This document shows positions 29,534-38,575 of a stretch of DNA of 64,000 bases, piece after piece. Origin of the DNA: Elusimicrobiota bacterium. Lineage in GTDB: Bacteria; Elusimicrobiota; Elusimicrobia; UBA1565. Under the pieces are notes generated by a model. The model saw only the letters and a program-made list of their open reading frames with translations. It made no database searches and was not told the origin of the DNA. The position numbers and the translations under genes are program-made. Position 1 is the first letter of the stretch. Every line of letters starts with the position of its first letter. The stretch is taken from positions 96,001 through 160,000 of the forward strand of contig JBDRPD010000050.1 in NCBI GenBank assembly GCA_043827405.1, written 5' to 3'.

Positions 29534-31264
29534 ATGCGCCCCCTATTCCTGATTCTCGCTGCCCTATTGCTCGCGCCCGCCGCGCCGAGCTGCGCCGCGA
29601 ACGCCGAAACCGCATCGCTGTTTTTGTCGGGCAGCAAGCTGCGCCGCGAGCTGCGCCTATCGGCCAACGACCTCAAGCGCCTTGATGCGGAGCTTAAGCA
29701 GACAGCATCCGCGACCAAGTCTTCACGACCGGCGATTGACGCGCTCAATCAGCTCCGGGAACTCCTGGTCGGCAAGAGCGGCTACGGCGGCCTGCACGGC
29801 GAGCTCGTTAAGGCCGACCGCGAGCTGGAAGGGGGCCTGCGCGATATTCAGAAATTTCCCGACAGCTGCGCCGGCGCCAAGCTCAACGATTGGGCGGCCG
29901 GCGTCCAGGCCGAGCGCCGGCTGCTGAAGACGCTCAGCCGCCTCAAGGAACTGCACGCCGCGACGCTGAAGATCAAGGGCGCCGCCGCGAACCTGCGGAC
30001 GATCTCATACAAGGTTCCGGGAAATAACGCGCGCCAATCCCTCGGCGCCTATGCGGCGCGCCACCAGAGCGGCATGGACGCCGTCGGTCAGCGTCTCTAC
30101 CAGGGCCTGCGCGCCAAGGAGTTCAGCAGCCTGGGCCGCATGGCGCTCAACCGCCAGAGCGCCTGCGCGGAAGCCCCCCCGGAGCCGGCCCCGCTTGAAG
30201 GAACGGCAGCGGCCGCCGATGGCAAGGCGACAGCCGCCAAGCAGCGGGACTACTCCAAAGGCGAAAAAGCGCTGCAGGAAGCGCTCGGCAAGCAGATCGA
30301 GAAGTATCCTACGGGCAAAAACCTGTGGAACAGCCTAACGGTCAAGCCCCATGTGCGCATCGAGGACTTCAACGCCAACGCCAAGTACACCGATAAAGAG
30401 ACCTGGTCCAAAGATGTGCTGGGCGACAAGGACGAGGTGGTCTTCAGCGCCGACCTCATCAAAGGCAAGATCGCCTACTTCGACAAGGACGCCGCCGCCG
30501 GCCTCAAGAGCGCCCAGGACGTACGCAAGTACCTCGACGATAACCCGGACATGGTCCAGTCCATCGCCGACAATATCGATTCCACCTTCGTCCATGAGCT
30601 GACCCACGGCACGCAGTTCCAGTCCTTCGAGGGGATGAAAGACGCCTCGTTCTTTGTGCTGACCGCCGACGCCGACGGAAACCAGAGCTGGAAGTATCCG
30701 GTAGCCGCCGAATGGGACGCCTTCGACATGAAGTGGCGCTACATCCACGACAAGGTGCAGGATGATCCTGCTTTGCTGAAATCCCCCGGGGCCTCGCGCG
30801 GCGAGATCACCAGCGAAAGCAGCGGCTACCTCGCCTACCTGCAGGACCAGGACCAGGAGCGCGACGACGTGGCGGCCCTCTACGGCAACAAGGTGCTCGC
30901 CTCCGACTCCGAGCACATGCCCAAGGACATCAAGAAGTTCTACGACGAGCGGGACGCCGCGGCGGAGAAATGGTGGGACACCAATGAAGAGGCGGGCTAC
31001 CAGACGGCCTGCCAGCACTACGACAAGAAGTACTGCAGCCGGGTTCCGGAGTTCGGCTGCCAGCAATACAAAGACCTCTGCGGCCGGGTGGACCCCGCGA
31101 TCGCCTGCAAGTATCATAAAGACCTGTGCCCCAAGCCCGACGACGACAACGTGACGCGGCCGGAACCGAAGCCGGATCCGAAGCCGGATCCGAAGCCGGA
31201 ACCGGAACCCCAAAAGGGCTGGCAGGGCTTCTTCGGCAAGATTAAAGGCTGGTTCGGCCGGTAA
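29534..31264 (+). CDS. Exported protein with HExxH zincin motif, Cys-rich and Pro-rich C-terminus
   Basis: Signal peptide; FVHELTHG with downstream AAEWDAF; six Cys near the end; PEPKPDPK repeats. Confidence 0.75.
   Translation: MRPLFLILAALLLAPAAPSCAANAETASLFLSGSKLRRELRLSANDLKRLDAELKQTASATKSSRPAIDALNQLRELLVGKSGYGGLHGELVKADRELEGGLRDIQKFPDSCAGAKLNDWAAGVQAERRLLKTLSRLKELHAATLKIKGAAANLRTISYKVPGNNARQSLGAYAARHQSGMDAVGQRLYQGLRAKEFSSLGRMALNRQSACAEAPPEPAPLEGTAAAADGKATAAKQRDYSKGEKALQEALGKQIEKYPTGKNLWNSLTVKPHVRIEDFNANAKYTDKETWSKDVLGDKDEVVFSADLIKGKIAYFDKDAAAGLKSAQDVRKYLDDNPDMVQSIADNIDSTFVHELTHGTQFQSFEGMKDASFFVLTADADGNQSWKYPVAAEWDAFDMKWRYIHDKVQDDPALLKSPGASRGEITSESSGYLAYLQDQDQERDDVAALYGNKVLASDSEHMPKDIKKFYDERDAAAEKWWDTNEEAGYQTACQHYDKKYCSRVPEFGCQQYKDLCGRVDPAIACKYHKDLCPKPDDDNVTRPEPKPDPKPDPKPEPEPQKGWQGFFGKIKGWFGR
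31160..31210 (+). repeat. 12-bp coding tandem repeat (CCGAAGCCGGAT-like; PKPD/PEPK linker)
   Basis: ccggaaccgaagccggatccgaagccggatccgaagccggaaccggaaccc. Confidence 0.85.
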
Positions 31265-31812
31265 TGAAGAGCATGCGCATCCTTTTATTGGCGGTCCTCG
31301 CTCTGGCGGGGTGCAAGGCCCCCGAGGCCCCGGCGGACTTCGCCTCCTATGCCCATCCGGGCGGCTGGTTCACCGCCGGCATCCCGCGCGGCTGGGAGGT
31401 ACAGCAGCGGGGCCGCGAAACAAACCCGGGCATCCAAGTGCTGGCGCCGGCCCAGGTTGAGGGCGCGGTCCGCCACTCGATCGCCATCTACTTCTATCGC
31501 GAGAGCCACCGCAAGTTCCCGACCATCGCGCAGTATCTCGCCGAGAAGGCCTTGCCCATCCCCGGCCGCTCGATGACTCCGGTCACCAGCATCACGGTCA
31601 ACGGAATGGCGGGCAAGCAGTTCGAGGCGACGCGGCCGATCCCGCAGATTCCGGAGCTGCCGCCGGTGGAAGGCGAGCTGAAGTCCCGCTCGGTGCTGCT
31701 GCAGGGCGACAAGGGCTTCTACCTGTTCCGCTATACCAGCCGGCTCGAAGAGTTCGACCGCTACCGCGAGACCTTCGAGCAGGTCCTCAAATCGCTTAAG
31801 CCCAAGGCCTAG
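31264..31812 (+). CDS. Lipoprotein, PsbP/DcrB-like fold
   Basis: Lipobox LAGC; YAHPGGWFTAGIPRGW...FEQVLKSL pattern; start overlaps upstream stop (TAATG). Confidence 0.7.
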   Translation: MKSMRILLLAVLALAGCKAPEAPADFASYAHPGGWFTAGIPRGWEVQQRGRETNPGIQVLAPAQVEGAVRHSIAIYFYRESHRKFPTIAQYLAEKALPIPGRSMTPVTSITVNGMAGKQFEATRPIPQIPELPPVEGELKSRSVLLQGDKGFYLFRYTSRLEEFDRYRETFEQVLKSLKPKA

Positions 31813-31841
31813 CGCCGCCAATAAATTAATAAGATAGTCCT

Positions 31842-32078
31842 ATGCGAGACCCGAACGTAAAGCTGCCGCGGAAAATAGGCCAAGCGAAGGGCGCCTCCGG
31901 AAAGGACCAGGCCGCCTCGAAGAAGTGGGCCGAGAAGAATAAAGACAAGTCCGGCTCCGATGAGGTCAAGGCCGCTCCACAGAAGCCGGTCGTAAAGACC
32001 GAGCCTTCGGTTGGGAGAAACGACCCCTGCTCCTGCGGCAGCGGAAAGAAGTTCAAGAAGTGCTGCCTCAACAAGTAG
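31842..32078 (+). CDS. SEC-C metal-binding motif protein
   Basis: [19 protein letters not shown]. Confidence 0.88.
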   Translation: MRDPNVKLPRKIGQAKGASGKDQAASKKWAEKNKDKSGSDEVKAAPQKPVVKTEPSVGRNDPCSCGSGKKFKKCCLNK

Positions 32079-32112
32079 GCTAGCCCGGCCTGCCGCACCC
32101 CCGGAAGCCCAC

Positions 32113-33165
32113 ATGATCCGACCTGAACCCATGGCGGGGCGGACGTCTTTCGCTGCGGTCGACAAAACCAGCGATCCGTCGGCGGTGGCGGACGCCTTGG
32201 CGGGTAATAAATATTTCCTGGTCACGGACTTTTTCAGTACCGGCGTAAATATTTTAGCCGCCCTGCGCCGCTCCCTCGGCGGGAATGAGCCCCGGAAATC
32301 CTACGCCGCTGAGCGCGCCTATCGCGCGGCCTTTCAAGGCGCCGCGGCGCGCCTGCTCGCGCCGATACGGGAAAATCGCCTGGACCTGCGCCGGGCTCCG
32401 GAGATCGGCTGGCTGCAGGAGCTCTACCCGGACCGCGCCGAATTCGTTCTTCCGTTTCCGCAAGTGCAGGGGCTTAACAGCTCTTGGCAGTGGTTTCAGA
32501 AAGGCCTGCAAATACCCGTTCTGCGCCGGCGTCTTTATCCGTTCTACGGCGCCTATTTCCCGACGCGCTTCGCGCATTTGCGGCTCTTCGCGCTTTGGCT
32601 CAAGAGCTATCGGGGCAATAAGCGATTTGCCGTGGACGTGGGAACCGGCTGCGGCGTGCTCGCCTTTCAGCTGAGCGAGGCCGGCTGGCCGCGGATTCTC
32701 GCCACCGATATAAATCCCAACGCGATCGAGAGCGTCCGCCGGGAGCTCGCGCGCGCTCCGGCGAAAACAATAATCCGGGCGGAGGAGACCGATCTTCTGG
32801 GAACGGGCGGCGAGCCCGCGGATTTGATTGTTTTTAATCCGCCGTGGCTGCCGGGAGAAACCCATAACGCCCTGGATGTGGCGATGTATTACCCGCCGGA
32901 TATGTTCGCCCGCTTCTTCGCCGCGGCGGCGGAGCGCCTCGCGCCGGAGGGACGCGTGGTTTTGCTGTTCTCCAACCTGCAGCAGACCGCGGGCTCGGAC
33001 GCCGAACATCCGGTGCGGCGCGAGCTGGATGGGGGCCGGCGCTTTGCGCTGGTCCAGCGGCTGGAAAGCAAGGCCGACCCGGCCTCGAAAAAAACCAAAC
33101 GCCGCAAGCGCTCGCCGGCGAAAGAGAGCGTCGAGGTCTGGGAGCTTAAGGCCGCGCGGACCTGA
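32113..33165 (+). CDS. Class I SAM methyltransferase (MTS/HemK-like)
   Basis: VDVGTGCG, ATDINP, FNPPW. Confidence 0.85.
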   Translation: MIRPEPMAGRTSFAAVDKTSDPSAVADALAGNKYFLVTDFFSTGVNILAALRRSLGGNEPRKSYAAERAYRAAFQGAAARLLAPIRENRLDLRRAPEIGWLQELYPDRAEFVLPFPQVQGLNSSWQWFQKGLQIPVLRRRLYPFYGAYFPTRFAHLRLFALWLKSYRGNKRFAVDVGTGCGVLAFQLSEAGWPRILATDINPNAIESVRRELARAPAKTIIRAEETDLLGTGGEPADLIVFNPPWLPGETHNALDVAMYYPPDMFARFFAAAAERLAPEGRVVLLFSNLQQTAGSDAEHPVRRELDGGRRFALVQRLESKADPASKKTKRRKRSPAKESVEVWELKAART

Positions 33166-33174
33166 CGACGGGAG

Positions 33175-33567
33175 TCAATCGTCCCGCACGCGGCCGCGCA
33201 GGCGCTTCGTCGCTCCCCGGCGCTTCTTTGAATCAAGGATCTTCTCGCGTACGCGGCGCGGCTTGCGCCGCTTGCGGCGAATTTCCTTCTGAACCGCCTG
33301 CTTGCGCGCCCTGAGACGTTCTTCCTGCCGCGTCTGAAACGCGGCGGCGAGCCGCTGCCAGGCGATTTCGCGGTTGCGGGCCTGACTGCGCGTATCCGTC
33401 ACGCGCACGACGATGCCGCTCCTGGGGTGGCGCAGGATAACACCGGTCTCGACTTTGTTGACGTTCTGCCCGCCCTTGCCGCCCGAACGGGCGAAGGACT
33501 CCTTCACCTCTCCCGGGGCGATGCCGAGACGGCGCAGCTTCTCAAGGGCCTCCGGATCGACAGGCAT
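33175..33567 (-). CDS. arfB: Alternative ribosome rescue factor B (peptidyl-tRNA hydrolase)
   Basis: RSGGKGGQNVNKVET, RSQARNRE, basic C-terminal tail. Confidence 0.9.
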   Translation of the reverse strand: MPVDPEALEKLRRLGIAPGEVKESFARSGGKGGQNVNKVETGVILRHPRSGIVVRVTDTRSQARNREIAWQRLAAAFQTRQEERLRARKQAVQKEIRRKRRKPRRVREKILDSKKRRGATKRLRGRVRDD

Positions 33568-33590
33568 AGCGAAAGTATAGCAGGCATTAA

Positions 33591-33953
33591 AGACGAGCCG
33601 CCCGCGGCTTCCTCAAGACGGCCTACGCCGGGAACGGAAAGAGCCTCGTCAACGTCGACTACGCCAAAAAGGCGCTCAAAAACTTCCGCGGCAGCTACAA
33701 TACGGAAGGCTTCGGCGCCGCGCATTCGGGCGTCAAAGATTACGGCGACAAGTGCGACTGGATCTACGAGAAAACCTTCTCGGGCCAGGGCGGCATCAAC
33801 GACGGCATCCACGACACCGTGCAGCTGCTCGCGGCCGTCTGGTCCAAGATCCAGAAGGGCGAGAAATTCACCGTCGTACGCACCGGCACCTACACCTACG
33901 CCGTTGTCGCGGAGTCCGGGACGGCGATCGTGGAGACCCGCGGGAAGTTCTAG
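33591..33953 (+). pseudogene. 3' fragment of an unknown gene lacking a start codon
   Basis: 120 sense codons with strong host-like GC3 usage (…KSLVNVDYAKKALKNFRGSYNTEG…ETRGKF*) immediately after in-frame TAA; no upstream ATG. Confidence 0.55.
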
Positions 33954-34001
33954 AACCCGAGCTCATGCCTAACTCAGGGGCTATGCGCCTTCGGCGCATT
34001 G

Positions 34002-34030
34002 ACCTGCGACCTTTCGCGCGTGAGACGAAC
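34002..34030 (-). repeat. Degenerate tRNA-Val(CAC) fragment, relic att site
   Basis: ACCTGCGACCTTTCGCGCGTGAGACG matches ACCTGTGACCTTTCGCGTGTGAGGCG (36896-36921) at 23 of 26 positions. Confidence 0.75.
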
Positions 34031-34041
34031 GGGGAGATGGA

Positions 34042-34830
34042 CTATTTAAATTCAAAAATATGCGCGTCGACGCGGTGGAGGATGTCGAATTCCGGCGGGG
34101 CTATCTTTTCCAGGAGCTCGGCGTGAGCGGCATCGAAGCGTTTGATTTCGTCCTCAGACAGCGCCGCGCCGATGGCGCGGCACGCCTTGATACGTCCGCG
34201 CCATCTCACCCGCGTAAACCGCACCGGGTCGTCGTAGTAGAAAGCTTCAACGACTCCAAAATCCTTGCGCGACCAGTCCGGTACGGCGGGAATTTCTCCG
34301 GCATAGCCCGCCGCCGTCCACCGCGGATTAAATTCAAGAATCAGCTCTTCAGTCCTGGCGGCGATTTCATCCTGCAGCGGCAGCCAGCAGAAGTGCGATG
34401 TCGAAAAAATACCGCCGGGCTTCAAGACCCGGCGAATCTCCGGAATGGTCTTTTCTTTGTCGAAATACAAAAAACACTGATTCGCCGTAATCACGTCAAA
34501 AAGCCCGTCGCCAAAAATGAGGTCTTCGGAAGGCGTGACAAAAAAATCCACCTTTAATTTTTCGTGATCGGCCAAACCTCGCGCCACCTCAATCTGGCCT
34601 GCGGAGATATCCGCCCCCACCGGCATGCATCCCTGACGAGCGAATTGTCGGGCGAGGACGCCGGTGCCGGTGCCGAGGTCCAGGATTTTTTGCTCGGGGA
34701 GGCCCACTCCGCATTCCTTCATGCGGTCATAAAAACTCAGCGGCGGGCCAGGACGGTAAGCGGCGTAATCCGCCGACACGCGTCCCCAATCGATCTCCCG
34801 CCCTTCGTCTAAATGCCCGAGTCCGTGCAT
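34042..34830 (-). CDS. Class I SAM-dependent methyltransferase
   Basis: DYAAYRPGPP, ILDLGTGTG, FDVITANQCF, LKPGG. Confidence 0.88.
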   Translation of the reverse strand: MHGLGHLDEGREIDWGRVSADYAAYRPGPPLSFYDRMKECGVGLPEQKILDLGTGTGVLARQFARQGCMPVGADISAGQIEVARGLADHEKLKVDFFVTPSEDLIFGDGLFDVITANQCFLYFDKEKTIPEIRRVLKPGGIFSTSHFCWLPLQDEIAARTEELILEFNPRWTAAGYAGEIPAVPDWSRKDFGVVEAFYYDDPVRFTRVRWRGRIKACRAIGAALSEDEIKRFDAAHAELLEKIAPPEFDILHRVDAHIFEFK

Positions 34831-34867
34831 AACTTCCCACCTGCTTCGATTAATCCAATGATAATAG

Positions 34868-35746
34868 CACGATACGCCACCCCGGTCGCTTAAGGCGACT
34901 GCGACGCTCCTCCCCTGCCAGCGGTGTCATGGGAAGAAGGCCCGGCAAGCCAGACGAGGAGTCTTGGTCTGTCGGAGCTGTCGGGCCGACATTCGTGCGA
35001 CTTCCGGCACGATTTTCCAAGATAACCACCTCCCACTGCGCTTGTGGTTTCGAGGCATGTGGTGGATCACGAACCAGAAAGGCGGCGTGAGTGCGCTGGG
35101 TCTGCAACGCCTGTTGGGCCTGGGCAGCTACCGGACGGCGTGGATGTGTCTGCACAAACTCAGACGCACGATGGTCCGCCCTTGACGTGACCGTTTGTCC
35201 GGTCGGGTAGAGGTCGATCAGGCTGTCGTTGGGGGCCGCAAGAAAGGAGGATCAGGGCGGCATGCTGGTAAGGCTGTTGTCGCTGTTGCTGTGAAAAATA
35301 AAGAGAAAAAGATAGGACGGATTCGCGTACATCATCTTCCAGATGCGTCTCGTAGGAATCTTCTAGGATTTGTCCGCAAGGCGGTGGCGCCCGGTTCGTT
35401 GGTGATCACAAATGGTTGGCATAGCTGCTCTAGGCTTCCGAGCATCGGATACAAACATGAGCCATATGTACTCAAAGGCAAAGGCAGGGAGGCTGGCGCC
35501 GTCGTTCTGCCTGGGGCCCACCGGATAGCTTCCCTGCTGAAGAGATGGCTTCTAGGAACCCCCCAGGGGCGAGTCTCCCCTAAGCACCTAGGGTACTATC
35601 TCGACGAGTTCACCTTCCGGTTCAACCGCAGGACTTCACGAAAGCGAGGGATGCTCTTCTACCGGTTGCTCCAGCAGACGGTCCAAACCGAGGCCACGCC
35701 ATTCGCGGGATTGGTCAAGAAAAGGAAGCGGCCTCTATTAGGGTAA
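34868..35746 (+). pseudogene. IS1595-family DDE transposase, 5'-truncated, with nonsense codon
   Basis: CQRC..CRSC zinc ribbon, LGLGSYRTAW..LHKLR; in-frame TGA at 35183 (MVRP*RDRLSGRVEVD); YLDEFTFRFNRR; TDGW altered to TNGW. Confidence 0.88.
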
Positions 35747-35865
35747 GATTGCTGGCGTAAAGTACATATGCCGGATAGGGCAGTAATAGAACTCAACACT
35801 TGGGAACTTTTGAGTCCCTTGCTCGTAAATAGGGGGGAGGAGAAAATCGTTTCCAAGGAGAGTTT

Positions 35866-36243
35866 ATGCATCTCTATATCAACGACAAGATGGTTAAAAT
35901 TGAGACGGACGCAGCCGCCCTCGAACAAGCGCTTGTGGGATTCATCAAAGCGTCGAAGGGGAGCCTCGAACTGCGCCGCTCGCCGGAGGAATGGCTTCGC
36001 GCGACCCGCGATCAGTCCGGTTTCTGCAGCCTCGAGATCTCCAGCTGCGGGAGCGTCATCGGCATGGGTATCGACAGAGAGGACCTCGGCGAGGTACGTG
36101 CGGTCTTCCAGGAGTTCGTACGCGGCTACCAGCCTTCACTCCCTTGGAAGAAACTCAGCCTGCTGGGGGATCAGGGGGACAATGAATTTGTAGTCGGGGA
36201 CCCCCATCACGACGGCTGCCCCCTGTGCCGCCTGCTCGAATGA
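35866..36243 (+). CDS. Hypothetical protein
   Basis: AAGGAG RBS; C-terminal H..CPLC; stop overlaps next ATG. Confidence 0.6.
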   Translation: MHLYINDKMVKIETDAAALEQALVGFIKASKGSLELRRSPEEWLRATRDQSGFCSLEISSCGSVIGMGIDREDLGEVRAVFQEFVRGYQPSLPWKKLSLLGDQGDNEFVVGDPHHDGCPLCRLLE

Positions 36244-36736
36244 GCCCAGCCGGGCCTCTTGCGTCTCGAATCGAACGGCGGATCTACACGATCCGCGGTC
36301 AGCGAGTCATGCTGGACCGGGACTTGGCCATTCTGTACCAGGTCCAAACTCGCGCGTTGAATCGTGCCGTGAAGAGGAATTATCAACGATTCCCCGTCGA
36401 TTTCATGTTTCAACTCGCGCCCACGGAATGGGAGGACTTGAAGTGCCAAATTGGCACTTCAAGTTGGGGCGGCGACCGGAGAGCGCTCCCTCATGTCTTC
36501 ACTGAGCCGGGCGTTGCGATGCTCTCCAGTGTCCTGCGCAGCCACCGCGCCGTCCAGGTCAACATCGAGATTATCCGCGTCTTCGGAGGCTTCTCGTCAC
36601 CAACCAAGAACTTGCGCGGCGCCTCGAAGAATTGGAAAGCCGGCATGAGGGGAAATTTAGAATCGTATTCGACGCGATCCGCAGGCTCATGGTAGAGCCT
36701 GAAAAGGCTAAGCCGAAAATAGGATTCAGCCCGTGA
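36240..36736 (+). pseudogene. ORF6N-domain DNA-binding protein, frameshifted near 36583
   Basis: IRGQRVMLDRDLA.LY..RFP.DFMFQL..FTEPGVAMLSSVLRS; the family C-terminus (ELARRLEELE..IVFDAIRRLM..KIGF) continues in another frame to TGA at 36736. Confidence 0.82.
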
Positions 36737-36843
36737 AAGGTCTCTACGAAGGGTCCTCTACCGTGGGACGAATTGGTAGTGCAGAAATAGTGCAGATTCG
36801 GAGCGAGATTCCTGCCGACTCCAACAAACACCTACAAAAAGTT

Positions 36844-36870
36844 AAGAGGGCCCCGACGGGGCCCTCTTTT
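36844..36870. terminator. Rho-independent terminator downstream of the tRNA fragment
   Basis: AAGAGGGCCCC-GAC-GGGGCCCTCTT perfect 11-bp stem flanked by A/T runs. Confidence 0.8.
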
Positions 36871-36873
36871 AAA

Positions 36874-36921
36874 TGGTGGGCAGTACAGGTTTCGAACCTG
36901 TGACCTTTCGCGTGTGAGGCG
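36874..36921 (-). tRNA. 3' portion of tRNA-Val(CAC) (att duplicate, not an intact tRNA)
   Basis: Minus strand CGCCTCACACGCGAAAGGTCACAGGTTCGAAACCTGTACTGCCCACCA: anticodon loop CAC, T-arm GTTCGAA, CCA; D-arm and 5' acceptor strand absent. Confidence 0.88.
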
Positions 36922-37071
36922 CGGTCACTATGTCTGAGCCGTTAGCCCGTTACGTTGTATTCTACAAGATATTTTTCAGACTGAAAGTTTGAAGTCCGCC
37001 GCTGGTGCAATAATGGTGCAACGAGAGGATCACAACAGCACCAACTAGCGCAAAGTGGGCTTTCGCTTCGA

Positions 37072-38130
37072 CTACGCCCGGTGGAGGGTTTGCATCCCGT
37101 TCTCGGAGGAAGGGTCCAACGGGACAATCGACTCGAACAACTCCATCTTCTCCGCAAGATGTTTCTCGGAAAGCTGAGTGTAGCGCTTTGCCATCGCCGA
37201 CCCTGAGACACCCAGGAGCTTCTCCGCCGCGTAAAGATCGCCAGTAGCTTTGTAGAAAACAGACGAGAAGAAATGCCGGAGGTCGTGGAACCGGAAGTCC
37301 TCGATGCCTGCCTGCTCCTTCGCCTTCTTGAAGTGACGGTAGAGGGTCTTTGGAGAGACGTTGAATACGCGGCCTTCTTTTTTCGGACTCTGCTTCTCCA
37401 GGAGAGCGCGGAGCTTCGCCCGGATCGGAACAATCTTCCATTTACCCGTCTTGTACTGGTAGAGCCGGATGATTTCCCGCTCAAGATCAACCTGCTTCCA
37501 GTCCAGGTAGAGGTTCTCCTTCCGCCGGGAGCCACTTAGAACGGCAAAATCAAAGACGGGGCGAATCTTGTCGCTCAAGCAGAGATACAGCCGCTGAAAC
37601 TCCTCCTCAGCCAGTTCCCGCTCCCGAGCGAACTGGGCCTCACCGATAGGCTCGACCGCATCACACGGATTCTCGCCACGGTATCGCCTAGTCCTCCGTG
37701 CCTTGTTGAAAACGCGCTTGAGGAGCGTCAGGTGGCGATTGGCGTTCTGCGGCGAGGTCCGACGGCCCTCCGCGTCATAAAATCTGATGACATCCTCTCC
37801 CGAGATATCACCGACCAGCCGATTCCCAAATCGAGCCAGAAGCCTATTCTTATATGCCTTCCACGATGGCGACTTATACTTGCACCCGTAAAGCGACCAG
37901 AACCAATCCATCAGCGCCGAGAACTTCTGGCGCATGGCCTTGCGTTCGGTGAACTCCCTGCCGTCTACACTCTGCCCGATCCGCTTGGCCAGGACCTCCC
38001 GGGCCTGCTTATGCTTAAAGCCCACGGGCTCTCGGCGGTATCTCCCGTTCGGCAACTTGTAGCCGATCCACCACCGCTCGTCGTCAGGACGGTCTTTGCG
38101 TTTGAAGACTGCCACTCCAGCTACCCCCAT
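37072..38130 (-). CDS. Tyrosine recombinase (integrase)
   Basis: GSRRKE (R), YKTGK (K), FHDLRH (HxxR), AKRY (Y); N-terminal arm-binding-like beta domain. Confidence 0.92.
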   Translation of the reverse strand: MGVAGVAVFKRKDRPDDERWWIGYKLPNGRYRREPVGFKHKQAREVLAKRIGQSVDGREFTERKAMRQKFSALMDWFWSLYGCKYKSPSWKAYKNRLLARFGNRLVGDISGEDVIRFYDAEGRRTSPQNANRHLTLLKRVFNKARRTRRYRGENPCDAVEPIGEAQFARERELAEEEFQRLYLCLSDKIRPVFDFAVLSGSRRKENLYLDWKQVDLEREIIRLYQYKTGKWKIVPIRAKLRALLEKQSPKKEGRVFNVSPKTLYRHFKKAKEQAGIEDFRFHDLRHFFSSVFYKATGDLYAAEKLLGVSGSAMAKRYTQLSEKHLAEKMELFESIVPLDPSSENGMQTLHRA

Positions 38131-38216
38131 GCTACCCGCTTAGTATAACAGACCCGCGCCAATCTCGCCACCCCTATGCTATGGACTTGCTACCTCGCAT
38201 CTGCTACGCTTATTAC

Positions 38217-38381
38217 ATGAGGAAGCCCAAAGACGAAAAGACCGAGAAGGCATATTATCTGCGACTCCCCCGGGGTCTTTACGACAAGCTCGTTAAGCGA
38301 TCGAAGAAGACCCGCCGCACACTGGCCAACGAGATCATCGTCGTCCTTGAGGACGGCGTGGAGCGTCCGGTAAGGCGCTGA
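38217..38381 (+). CDS. Arc/ribbon-helix-helix DNA-binding protein
   Basis: YYLRLPRGLYDKL..RSKK.RRTLANEIIVVLE. Confidence 0.75.
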   Translation: MRKPKDEKTEKAYYLRLPRGLYDKLVKRSKKTRRTLANEIIVVLEDGVERPVRR

Positions 38382-38574
38382 TCCACTCCTGGGTCTCCTT
38401 GGGGCGGAACCGTAACAGGCCGTTCACCTTGACCATGCACTTTTCAGGGATTTTCCCAAGGGACCGCCAAGTGTAAAGCGTCGCCTTCGGAATCCCCGTC
38501 CGCGCTTCAACCTCCTCGATGGTTAGCGACCATTTCTCAACCTTCTCCACCTCGCGCCGCCATGGCACATCCAT
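38335..38574 (-). CDS. Excisionase/AlpA-like HTH protein
   Basis: LTIEEVEARTGIPKATLYTWRSLGKIP..VKVNGLLRFRPKETQEWI. Confidence 0.8.
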   Translation of the reverse strand: MDVPWRREVEKVEKWSLTIEEVEARTGIPKATLYTWRSLGKIPEKCMVKVNGLLRFRPKETQEWISALPDAPRRPQGRR

Positions 38575-38575
38575 C

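Larger units (their letters stand above)
34002..36921. mobile_element. Decayed genomic islet between two tRNA-Val 3' fragments
   Basis: Direct tRNA-derived repeats at both ends; contains IS1595 and ORF6N pseudogenes; visibly more AT-rich than the core region. Confidence 0.65.

Noticed and set aside
31160..31210. Phase-variable repeat
   Set aside because: The 12-bp unit keeps the frame and encodes a Pro-rich linker
35183..35185. TGA recoding (Sec/Trp/Gly) in the transposase
   Set aside because: TGA is a normal stop in many genes here, and the gene has other lesions, so a nonsense mutation is simpler
36874..36921. Functional tRNA-Val gene
   Set aside because: D-arm and 5' acceptor strand are missing and the anticodon stem has only 3 bp; it is an att duplicate
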